In this document: positions 37,807 through 48,834 of the stretch, one piece after another
Layout: every line of letters begins with the position of its first letter
Position numbering within the stretch: position 1 is the first letter of the stretch
Source of the DNA: Anolis carolinensis
Taxonomy: Eukaryota
NCBI RefSeq assembly: GCF_035594765.1
Contig: NC_085843.1
Coordinates: forward strand, 193,665,971 to 193,729,970
Direction: 5' to 3'
Length of the DNA stretch: 64,000 nucleotides
Translations under genes and position numbers: made by a program
Notes under the pieces: model-generated
Told to the model about the DNA's origin: nothing
Seen by the model: the letters and a program-made list of their open reading frames with translations, nothing else
Database searches by the model: none

Positions 37807-38730
37807 ATACTTAACAAATTTAGAGGTTCCTAATCATTGGAGGGCCTTCACCCTGGCTTGCCCTTCCATCAGTTGTACTTGAGGACCGATACCGGAAGAG
37901 CCCCTACCCAGAGAGACTCTGTCCCTGTGACTCAGGTCAAATAGAAACAACGGCGCATATGCTCCTCCAGTGCCTGTTCTACAGGGACATTTGATCCAGA
38001 CTCATCCTGCCTTTGCTATATAATTACCAAGGCCGTACAGGACAATTTTACACCAACTTGCTGCTCTCAGATACCAACCCAGTTATAAACTACAATACCG
38101 CCAAGTTTTGTGCAGCAGCACTTACAATCTGGCAACTGATCATTGGATCCAACAGCTAACAATCCAACTATTAGCTAACCGAAATGTATATCAGTTATTT
38201 TCACCCCAGTCCCCCAAACTTGTGTCCTGAATGCTCATACTTGTCCACATCAATCAATCTCCCTCCCCAGGGCCATAGCCAGAAAGAAAATTTGGGAGGG
38301 GTTTTGAAAATTGGGGGGGGGGGGGTTTGGGGTTGAACCCCTGACCCACCCACCCCCCGGGTTCAGACCTGTCAATATCTGCTTCAGATAGTGCCTGGAG
38401 GGACTCGTAATTTTTTGCGTCTCATAGACTTAGCATGGGGATTTGGTTAAAATTCATGAGTAAACCAGGTTTTTTTTTCAACCTGAAATTTTGGGGGGGG
38501 GGGGTTGAACCCCTACCCCCCCCCCCAGCTACAGGCCTGTCCCTCCCTCTTTCCTCCCTCTCAATTCCTTTTTTGTCCAATCACTTCTTTAAAGAGATTT
38601 GTATTTTACCCTTCAACATACCTTTATTTTTTTTAGCCTTTTAGATTTTATGTACATGCTTCTATGAGACCGTACCCCACTTATGCTGGTCTATGACCAT
38701 AATAAAGATTTTGATTTGATTTGATTTGAT
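37807..38730 (+). mobile_element. Non-LTR retrotransposon 3' fragment (RTE-X-like) with (GATTT)n tail
   Basis: Aligns with 52186-52590; RLCPCD...H.LLQC CCHC remnant; aataaa followed by gatttgatttgattt. Confidence 0.7.
38268..38539. mobile_element. hAT MITE nested in the LINE fragment
   Basis: CAGGGCCATAGC...GCTACAGGCCTG; perfect 8-bp TSD tccctccc. Confidence 0.85.
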
Positions 38731-39013
38731 GTGAAGTTCACATAATGTTTGTACATTTCTCAAACCATTCCAATGGCATTCATTTATAAAGAAATTGTAA
38801 CTTGTTTAGTGACTGTGATTTTATATCATATTCAAACAATTGGATCACCATCTGGAGGAACATGTGTTACCATCCCAGATATAAATGCATTATTCTAAAC
38901 AACACAATCTCAATTGAGGCAGAGGAGGGATCAATGCATGCATGTGAGGGATGGAAATTTTTTCTATAAAATGCCAATGAGGACATTTATAACAACAGGA
39001 GAGCAATGGTTAC

Positions 39014-39325
39014 CTGAGCATATAACGCCAGCGTGCTTGTAGTTTCCACAGGTAGCAGGCCGATATTCGTAAGAACAAGAAAACAAATCATAGTGCTCAT
39101 TAGAGCAATCTACTTTGGTCATCAGAGGCCCACCTCTTCCTTCTCCAAAAAGGCCATTCGTCAAGGCAACCAGAGCATAGCCACAACCAAGCTGTTGGCA
39201 GACAGTTTCAGCATCCTTTATGTCCCATCCTTCACTGCAAATCACAGTCCGCCAGTTTGCAAAGTAAGTGACTTCAACACGACCAGCGCATGAATTGGGA
39301 CCATTCTCCAGCTGTAAAGATATGA
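39014..39325 (-). CDS. Group B SRCR domain exon (type I, unit 3)
   Basis: 312 nt, ctccaag acceptor and GTAACC donor; ISLQLENGPNSCAGRVEVTYFANWRTVIC...HAGVICS. Confidence 0.93.
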
Positions 39326-39807
39326 CTTGGAGAGGGGGGAGGGGATGTTAAAAACATTTTAAAATAGTCTTGCAAATATCTATATTGTGATTACCAACAC
39401 TTAAAAAACAATTTAGGGTATGAGGACAGAAGTACGCCAAAATGGCAACCACCTGTTATTGGGAAACTTCAGAGAAACCATTACACAAGGAGGTATTGAT
39501 ACTTCTTTGCAAAAGGGGATGAGATGTTTGTTTATCCCCTGGTAGTACAAACCTAAATCACCAAGAAGATTCCTCTCCAGTGTCTATAAGTATGAACAGA
39601 TCTTTATTCTGTCATACATGAGACTCGGTGCTTTGATGACTGCCTGAACTGAAATTTTAAAATTTTCAAAAATTACTCAGAATAATTTGGTCTCATTTCA
39701 AGAGTTAGTTAAATGTGCATGATTTAAACATTTGAGTTAAAAACACAACTTTGTAATGTGCATCAGAGAAAATGCCTTGAGTTGAGTAGTTGAAGCAATT
39801 TAAATAT

Positions 39808-39992
39808 TGTGTTATTGAATGCTTTCATGGCAGGAATCACAGGGTTGTTGTGTGTTTTCCAGGTTGTATGGCCATGTTCCAGAAGTATTCTCTCCTGACG
39901 TTTCGCCCATGTCTATGGCAGGCATCCTCAGAGGTTGTGAGGTATATACTTCTGGAACATGGCCATACAGCCCGGAAAACACACAACAACCC
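39808..39992 (-). mobile_element. Penelope-like pseudo-LTR fragment with inverted arm and minimal hammerhead motif (39894-39934)
   Basis: Inverted pair 39842-39888 / 39947-39992; minus strand CCU-CUGAGGA-UGCC...GGGC-GAAAC-GUC-AGG. Confidence 0.75.
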
Positions 39993-40814
39993 AATTTAAA
40001 TATTGAAGCTAAGATTATATTATAGTGTTGAATTCAGTTATCAGTCTCAAACAGAGCAGACCCACTGAATTAATAAAATCATATAATGTTTGGCTTACCA
40101 TTTATCGGTCCGTTTAATGGATTTACTCTAGTCAAGTCAATTGGATTTAGGTTATCTAGTATACATTCAAATCTTTACGGTATACAATTTTTTGGAAATT
40201 GTTTTGAATGCTTTTTTTCCAGATTTTTTGTGACTGTAAATTGCTACTGTATTCTAACTGAAGCTGAAAATAAACAGATTGGGTTCTCCCAAACTATCAC
40301 TACAATTTACTGTTCAGTAACAGCTTGATTTTAATTTTTCCCAAAGTTTGGAAAACATATCTTTTGGACAAGTGTCTCCGTGTTGGCTGGAGGTACTGGG
40401 AGTCCTAGTCCAATAATGTATCTTTCAAGGTCGTCTCCATGGAAAGACAAATAAATCTTTGGGTTGTGCGTATACAAGCAACATGACAAAAACATTTGGG
40501 TTGCAGATTGGTTTAAAATATTATAGCTCATCCACCCCTCAATAGAGAGATATAATTTCCCAGTCCTTGAATGGAGTGAAATTATTAAAATTAAGTACCA
40601 TAATTTTTCTTAAAAAGGAGAACGACAGATAAGACTGCAGGGGTCTAACAACTAGCCATTAGAGACACATTTAAACCACACTAGCATGTTTATTACATTG
40701 AAAGAGTTTCATGCAAAATTCTTTACTCATATGGCCTTAGAAGCTTACTTTGTGTTAAACTAAGGGCAATGTTGTATTTAAAAGCAATTACTTTAATATA
40801 TGTGAAATACTCAC

Positions 40815-40832
40815 AATCTCCTACAGTTCCAG
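40815..40832 (-). CDS. Micro-exon, 18 nt, (A)GTVGD
   Basis: ttttcttccag acceptor, GTGAGT donor. Confidence 0.8.
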
Positions 40833-42479
40833 CTGGAAGAAAATGTAAAAAAAAATGATGGTTAACATCTGTAATACTTGTTTATGAAATAATTCCTTCC
40901 CTCAACAAAATTAAGTTCAGCAGCATTGATAAAAAATAGTAACAGCCAAGTACCATAAAAGTAAAGTGATTATTTAATATTGATAGAAATCAGCTGGAGA
41001 GTGACAAAAGAAAGAACCGGTGCAACTGTAGGAATTGATTGGATGTTCATATTTTAGAAGCTTTTTGTATAACAAATTAATTGCAATGAATATGGACGTA
41101 AGTGTAAAATCATTGCATTATTATCATGATATGATCCTGATTTTACCATTTAGATTACCCAGACTATAATCATTCTTTTAAAAAACAAAACTGTCATGTC
41201 ATCTGCAATTTCAATTTCCTCTCACACAGAAAAATTGGGTAGAATTTCTCTTCCTTGTGAATGCTGCATTCAACAGAATACGGAATGTTTTTCCTTTTGT
41301 ATGAGGATGACATGGCGAGATTTTTCTTCTTCCAGTCAAATTATTAAAAGCCTGCAGGGCAAAGATTTTCAAGAGCTGGAGTGGGAAATATACTTTGTTA
41401 ATGGGGTCTGATTCTGATATTTGCATTAAATAAGTTCTACAGTTATTATTCTTATTGGTACTGTTCCATTATCCAGGTGAAGGCCACAAGGGAGTGTTAG
41501 AGAGAGAAGGATAGTTCATTTTACAGGGGACAAGTTGAAAGAGGAAAACCCATTCCCCCAGTTTAGCTGGTTATTTCGCCTCCCCACTTCCCATTTCATA
41601 AACTAAGGTTGTTTCCATGATGGGGACATGGGTGGGGGGAATAACAGGAAAACAGGAGGAAATGGTTTTACTACTTCAACCCACCTTCCACCCCTGTAAA
41701 ATGGACTATCCTGCTCTCTCTAGCACCCCTTGTGGCCTCCTCCCAGATAATGGAACAGTATCTTATAGGTGATATAATAATAATGATGATGATGTTGATT
41801 ATGATGATGTTTATTATTATGTTTATTTATACCCAACTTTATCTTTCCTGAAGGAGACTCTAAGTGGCTTGCAATTAAAAGTGTGACCACATAATTTAAA
41901 ATATACAAATATGCAAACATTAAAACAGAATTAATCATAACAGCATGAACAATTACATGTAACCACCATTACATTTTCTCACTTATGGTCCTAACATATC
42001 ATAGAGTTGCATTGGAGAACCTATAAAATCATAGACAGGTACCTAGGAATTTGCTAGGTCTTCCAATACAACTCTATGGTAACTTTCAGAGGAAGTATAC
42101 CATAAAATTCTCCTCTTTTTTGTTTCTCAGAATATGGTAACTCTATGATATTCATTCATCTCATGCAGTTAGTACATGCCATATTGAGCCACAATAAGTT
42201 CAGTAATTTGTCAAGTCACAGAATTCTCATGCATGCCATCCAGTGAACATGAACTTGCCATGTTGGGAGAAAGGTAAGGAATAGATAAGCCATCAAGCTT
42301 CTACACAGTATTGTGGCATCGCCTTATCTACCAAGGGATGTCTTACACACTGTCCATTTCTGTGCCTGGAGCTGTTTTTGTATTTCACAGGATGAGGAAG
42401 CTCTCAGTTGATTTGTGGGGAAAAAATAAAAATATTCAAGAAAAGAGAGAAGATTCATACATATAAAAGATAAATTTAC

Positions 42480-42497
42480 CTGGTTTATAGATTTCAT
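42480..42497 (-). CDS. Micro-exon, 18 nt, (D)EIYKP
   Basis: ttcttaacag acceptor, GTAAAT donor. Confidence 0.8.
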
Positions 42498-44097
42498 CTG
42501 TTAAGAAAGAAATGGCAACAATAAAAGATAAGAATATGGCAACTATATGTAGACTGCTAGTCTGTATCTTTTGATTGTCTGATACACTTTAATTTTTGAT
42601 TTCACATAAGAAAAATAAGAAACATATAACCAACTGACATTAGACTATGGTTAAGTTAGCAAATATTGTTAATTAGGAAGAACATACAAATGGTGAGAAA
42701 CTGTAGTCACTTGCTTTTGCCTGAGTTTTTTGTGAACGTAGCAAGATTCCAAACCCTTGTCCATCCCACCACACTGTTAATTGGGTAAAAATTACTATGC
42801 ATTTTGAACTTAGTTTGCATCTCCTAATGTAACAAAGGATGAGGATAGATAGCAGATAAGGAGAGATAAACTGAGCCTTTTTAAAGCAGCTGAAAAAGTG
42901 GTTAGCTTTTACCAAGTTGTAATTTGTCTATGTATACTGAACACTAGTGTCTGACACCATAGGAAAATGCAAAAATGTTAGTTAAACAATTCCCATTACC
43001 CAGACTAAACTTTTGGAGCCAGACATACAAATTCAGCTTTGATAATATTGAAATTCTTCACTCAAAACTTATTCTGCAAAACAATTTCCCTGACAACATG
43101 AAGGAAATGTTATTCCATGCCAGATAAAGTTATTTCCACTCTTCATAATAGTTTGATCCACTGTAACCACAAAAGAGGTCAAAACATCGGAGTTCTCATA
43201 GGAACTCTGCTCTTCTCCCCTACGGACTGACAGGCACTGTAGAAACTTTCCATGTGAATCTCCTTCCCTTCGTGTTTGGAAATCCTTCCCTACTTGTTTG
43301 TATTTATTTAAATAAGTACTGAAATGGCATGGGAATGAGTGCCATAGTGCTAAGAGCTGGCCCATAGGTAACCGAAAACATGTGAAACAACTATATGATC
43401 TTGAGCTGTAACGACTTTCTCTTTTTCTTGCTTTCTGGCTTTCATGTGGTTCCATAATTCATACTGAATTAAAAGCAAACCTAATCAGTATATGCAAAGA
43501 TTGCAGATGAATACAGGAATGAATCCAAGTAGTTACCTTCCATGTGTCTTGAATCATTGACCACGTGGTAAAATTATAAAGGCTATGGAAGGTAGTAGCT
43601 CAATCATTTATGTCCTTCTGCCAAGTTGTTAAGAAGAATTTCACCATACATATCATGTGTGGAGGTACGATTAAGTAGTTGCAAGATTATGTGTAATAAA
43701 AACAAAGAACAAATGAATACCTTATCTGGTTTGTTCATGTCTACTGTTGTAAAACAGAGCCTTACCTTTTGGACTGTAATTCCCAGAATACTAGTTCTCA
43801 AGCTATTAATTAGTACTATGCAACACAATGTTTGTTCCTGGGTTATAAATGTCATTTCCTAATTGATTCTATCATTAAAAACAAGGAAAAGGTTTAATAA
43901 ACTTCCTGCAGCACATTTTGCTATAGTTTTAAAATAAATATCTCATGGATTTTCAACCAACTCAACATAGTTTGTGGCAGCCACAAAAATAAAGTTTTTG
44001 GAGTATAACAACTGCTTTCAAAGGAAATACCACACAGTTAAACAGGAATAACACTTTCAAACCAGGGACAGATTTTTTTTTCAAATTTTGTTACATA

Positions 44098-44715
44098 CAG
44101 TAGAACCCCGGTAGTCCAAGTTAAATGGGCAGATCTCAGCTCGGTCAACCCGGATCACTCGGATTATGAGGTTTCCTCTCCTTTTGGCAGCCGCTTAGAC
44201 CCAGGGAAGCACGAAGTGTGCTGCTTCCCTGGGTTCAAGCGCCCACCGAATGGAGAGGAAACTTCTCCCTTCGGCGGGCGTTTGGCCCAGCCATTGAGAG
44301 GGTGAAGGGGGAGGGCCGCAAAAGCCCTTCCCGTTCACCTGCCCGCCTGTGCTTCGGCTCCTTCGTCACACCGGGGGCCGGCAGCACCGGCGCCCGGCGT
44401 GGCGAAGGAGCCAGCTGTGCGTGTTGCTAGGTAGATAGCAAGCTACCTAGCAACACGCACGGGCATGCTCTCCCCTTGGGAGGTGCCCCCTGCGTGTTGC
44501 TAGGTAGCTTGCTATCTACCTAGCAACACGCAGGGGGCACCTCCAAAGGGGCAAGCGCCCTGTACGTGTTGCTAGGTAGCTTGCTATCTACCTAGCAACA
44601 CGCACATCTAGCCAGCCAGCGAGCAGGTGAACGGGGAGGGCCTTTGCGGCCCTCCCTGTTCACCCGCTTGCACGGAGGCTCAGACGAGCGGGGCTCGGAC
44701 GAGGGGATTTTACTG
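44098..44715. mobile_element. GC-rich Tc1/mariner-type non-autonomous element
   Basis: TA|CAGTAGAACCCC...GGGGATTTTACTG|TA; three internal 40-nt hairpins. Confidence 0.8.
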
Positions 44716-45056
44716 TAGTTGTATCTGTGGTTGTGGCAACTTTGTCAGGCTTTTGCAGAAAGTTGCTCAATGGCAGCTGGTGAATACCTTATTATTGGGC
44801 AGTGAATCCTCTTTTAATTTTATTTCAAACATTTAAACAAGCTATCCAGGGTACTAGAATGATTTGCAGGAGGAGTTTATCATCTTAAAAAGCTCAATCG
44901 AAGATTATACCAAAGGCTAGAAGAGATGCATAGCCCAATGAGACAGAAGTCATGGGTCACCAGTGAAGTCTCCACTTGGTTAGTGATCATCTGGCTCTGT
45001 CCACAGATGAGAAGCATTTCAAGATAAAGACAGTGCTTCAAAGAATCATTGCATAC

Positions 45057-45077
45057 CTTGGCAGAGAATAGTGGCAT
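45057..45077 (-). pseudogene. Duplicated last 21 nt of a type II SRCR exon with its donor site
   Basis: cttggcagagaatagtggcat identical to exon ends at 13040, 28925 and 45250, followed on the minus strand by GTATGC and intron homologous to 12860-13039. Confidence 0.8.
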
Positions 45078-45249
45078 AGGTGTAGTTCATAAACTTTAAA
45101 GCTCCATTAAAGTTTATACCAAGAGTTAGAAGAGATTCACTGCCCAATGAGATAGAAGACATGGGTCACCACTGAAGTCTCCACCTGGTCAGTGATCACC
45201 TGGCTGGCTCCATCCACAGATGAGAAGCATTTCAAGAATCTGTTCATAC

Positions 45250-45561
45250 CTTGGCAGAGAATAGTGGCATCCTGTTGATGAGTGCAGCTATGGACCCCCC
45301 ATCCACGGTTCTTGCAGTCCCACAGGAAGGCTTCATCCCCCTCACACTGGACACCATCTAGGAGGATTCGGCCTGAGCCCTGGCCAAATCGAGGCCAAGG
45401 AACAATTTGGACAGCATTTCCGCAGCCAAGCTGCCTACAGACAACCTGGGAGTTCTTGATGTCCCAGTTGTTGCCACAAACGGTCCCCCAGGCGCCTTCA
45501 TAATAAACTTCAACACGTCCCTCACAGTAGTTGTAGGTGTCTTCTAGCCTCAGGGACAGTC
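45250..45561 (-). CDS. Group B SRCR domain exon (type II, unit 3)
   Basis: 312 nt, tttgcag acceptor and GTATGA donor; GLSLRLEDTYNYCEGRVEVYYEGAWGTVCGNNWDIKNSQVVC...DATILCQ; not reported on this strand by the ORF track. Confidence 0.93.
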
Positions 45562-46159
45562 CTGCAAAAGAGCAAAAGTAAATAGATCAGTGTGGTTTTC
45601 ACTTGACTACACTCAAGAATGGGTTTCAACCTCATTATTTCATAGAATGTGTGAAATCCTTGAAGACCAAACTTTCCTTGGCAATTATTTAAGGCAAAGC
45701 AACATTTAAATTAGAGAAATGTTAGAGCCCAGGTCCATGTTTTGTCTCAGCTCTTGTGAGTTAAGAAGTCATTGATAATTTGAATGCTGGTAGAAGCCTC
45801 TTCCTTTCTTGTGTGAGAACTATGAATAAATTGCAATAAAAGGTAGCTCCAGCTAATTTCATTGAAATGCAATTATCTGATTTTTGCCTTTCTTCTCCTC
45901 ATTGTATTTTAACTTCTTTACCTCATGAAAAAGCCAGAGAAACTTTGAAAGCTGGCATAATGTATTTTCTGCAATTTGGTTTGTCAATAAAGATACTACT
46001 TATTTGTAGATTTTGGAATTTTAAAAAATTTAATGCAATGTTTAATGCATAAAACACACACATAAAAAAACAACAAAACAATTGTTTACCCCTCTCACAT
46101 CTCTGGAAATGACACACCTGAAAAGTGTGTGTGTGTGTGTGTGGGGGGGGGGGGGGTCA

Positions 46160-46590
46160 AGAATAATAACTTCCAATGTTCCAATAAATCTTTTTAATAT
46201 TAATCTTTCTTCTATAAATGACCTTCTATAAAATACTATTTGACCCTACTATTCTTCAAATCTCACTATTTGTTTTTCCAAAAAATAATCTCACATGCAC
46301 AAAAAAACCAATTAACAATTCCAATCTTTGTTGGGTCAACGAAATAATTTTTATCTAATCAAAATACTTACGGTAACTTGTCCTTCTCAGCAAGGGCATT
46401 AACTTTCATTAACCAATCCTCCTGTGGCAAAGTAGGAGTATCTTTCCATTTTTATACATACAACAATCTGTAATAACCTATTGCAATAGTCTTCCACTTT
46501 CCTTCTCAATATGATCTTTCATTGGAGTCAGCAAGAAAGAATCATACTTCAATCTCACATAGTATTTCCTTCCAGATTTCTATTTCTGTG
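46160..46590 (-). mobile_element. Degenerate L1-like 3' fragment
   Basis: Minus-strand remnant resembling the L1 ORF2 C-terminus (WKDTPTLPQEDWL) plus T-rich 3' UTR. Confidence 0.45.
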
Positions 46591-46605
46591 CAAGATAGGC
46601 ACAAG

Positions 46606-46867
46606 CAGGGCCGTAGCCAGAAAAAAATTTCGGGAGGGGTTTTGAAAATTTAACCCCTAGCACACACCCCTCCCCGCTACAAACCTGTCAATATCTGCTT
46701 GAGATAGTGCCTGGAGGGACTCTTAATGTTTTGTGTCTCATAGACTTAGCATGGGGATTTGGTTAACCAGTTAAAATTCATGAGTAAACCAGGTTTTTTT
46801 TATAACCTGAACAATTTCGGGGGGGGGGGGGTTGAACCCCTAAAACCGCCCCCTCGCTACAGGCCTG
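46606..46867. mobile_element. hAT MITE (same family as 38268-38539)
   Basis: CAGGGCCGTAGC...GCTACAGGCCTG; perfect TSD ggcacaag. Confidence 0.85.
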
Positions 46868-47248
46868 GGCACAAGCCTTCAAGTATTTGTACATCTTTCT
46901 GCAGTCAATGGTTGCTTTATCTGTTTAAAATGTTGCATGCCTTCAAACAATGTCCAGTTTATGGTGACCCTAAGACAAACCCAACACGGGATTTTTCTCG
47001 TAAGATTTCTACAGAGAGGGTTTGCATTTGCCTTCTTCTAAGGCTGAGAGAGTATATCTTGACCAAGATCATCCAACGAGTTTCCATGCCCATGTCAGGA
47101 TCTCAATCCTGGAGTGGTAGTCCAGTGCTCAAGCATCATGTTGGCTCAGGTAGACCCTACTGAATTCAGTCTTACTTTAATTCTACATAAATATAGAACT
47201 GCAATGTTACATTTCCCCCATGTGAACTAGAGTGTTACTAAGACAAAC

Positions 47249-47302
47249 CTGGTGTTGTAGGTGTCACTGTGGTTGATGATGATGTGGTTGATGACGATGG
47301 TG
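47249..47302 (-). CDS. Ser/Thr-rich micro-exon, 54 nt, PSSSTTSSSTTVTPTTP
   Basis: ttgtag acceptor, weaker GTTTGT donor, phase 1-1; internal 15-nt duplication relative to the 33-nt paralogs. Confidence 0.65.
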
Positions 47303-47470
47303 CTACAATAATAATTTAAAAAACAAACAAACAGGGAGCTTATTATTAAGTTCAAGATTATCCAAGCACATGTAATACTAAAACAATAACATTAACACAA
47401 ACACAATTTTAAAATCTGAATAACCATTTTTCTTAAGTAACAACAAAATAAATATGGCATAATCTATATA

Positions 47471-47756
47471 CAGTAGAGTCTCACTTATCCAAGCTAAATG
47501 GGCCGGCAGAAGCTTGGATAAGCGAATATCTTGGATAATAAGGAGGGATTAAGGAAAAGCCTAATAAACATCAAATTAGGTTGCTCAATACGTAGTTCAA
47601 AAAGTAGTTCAATACGCAGTAATGTTATGTTGTAATTACTGTATTTATGAATTTAGCACCAAAATATCATAATATATTGAAAACATTGACTACAAAAATG
47701 GCTTGGATTATCCAGAAGCTTGGATAACCGAGGCTTGGATAAGTGAGACTCTACTG
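47471..47756. mobile_element. Tc1/mariner MITE
   Basis: TIR CAGTAGAGTCTCACTTATCCAAG; TA TSD. Confidence 0.9.
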
Positions 47757-47868
47757 TACTAGCCTTTTCATTATTCTCCAAATAAAATTAATTCCTCTGT
47801 CAGATAACATTAAAGGAGGCTTTTCCATGTAGAATCACTCTGATTCTTTCTCAAATATTCATGTTTAC

Positions 47869-48834
47869 TAGGGCTCTGCAATCAACGAAAAAAAATGTTT
47901 CAATACGCGTTATGACATTGGAGAGTGTTTCCAAAACTATGGATCTAATTTTTTTATAACGATAATGAAGTAACAAATTTTTCATTACTTTTTTTTGCTA
48001 AGTAATTGAGCAAGTGGGGAAACCTCAGAGGCTCATTTCTCCCTCACTTTTAGAGCTACCATGATAACACTTACTATAATTATACCACACATTTTCCACT
48101 CTTAGTCCACCAAATTTCAGAACAATACACTCATTCACTAATTTTGAAAGAATTTTTGCATTTTTTTACAAACAACATTTAAAAAAACTACGAGAGCTAT
48201 CAACTTGAATTTTATATGCAATGCACAAGATAACCAGGGCATCAACACCCCCCCCCCCAAAGTTTCAGAAAGATTCACACATCTACTGATTTTTGGGGAT
48301 TTTTAAAAGTTGAGACAAAAACATTTATCTCCAAAAGGCTACCACAGCAATCCCCTTGAATGTCTGTCTAAGAGTGTGTCTATATGACACATGGTTAAAT
48401 GTAGAACTTCAATTTAGCACAGATTTATGCTATTGCTTACTTACTTTAGTCCTCTTTGTAGATTCAATAATTTTATTATTATTAGACTGACTCTGGGAAA
48501 TGTAGTTTAGGGCAGGGCCTTTTGAATTCTCTGCCACAGGGGGGCTCGCCTTCCCAAACTACATTTTCCGGAATACTGTGTTCTCAGTCTCCCGCCCAAC
48601 CCAGCTAGCTGCCCTTCCTTTTGGTGACTGGCAAGCAGCCCTCACAGGCCCAATACCCCCTTAGATTTGGGCCTTTCAGGAAGGCCCAGATCTAATGGGG
48701 TATCAAATGAATTTGGAACAAACCAAGGAAATCCTGTTTTTTCCAAATTTGTTTTTTTTTTTAGGCCTTTTTTTGGACACCTCTCATAAAACTGAGACAG
48801 GTCCCGGGATATGGGCCTATTTGGATGAGTCCTA
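47869..48834. mobile_element. Degenerate hAT-like element (TAGGG termini), related to 52672-54219
   Basis: Internal similarity to 53160-53500 and 53810-53890; right end uncertain. Confidence 0.5.

Noticed and set aside
44417-44604. CRISPR-like repeat-spacer array
   Set aside because: Eukaryotic context, no cas genes, spacers related to each other, and located inside a TIR element
1013-47302. Assigning the gene symbol DMBT1 or CD163
   Set aside because: No CUB, ZP or transmembrane exons in the window and the domains are divergent; orthology needs phylogeny and synteny
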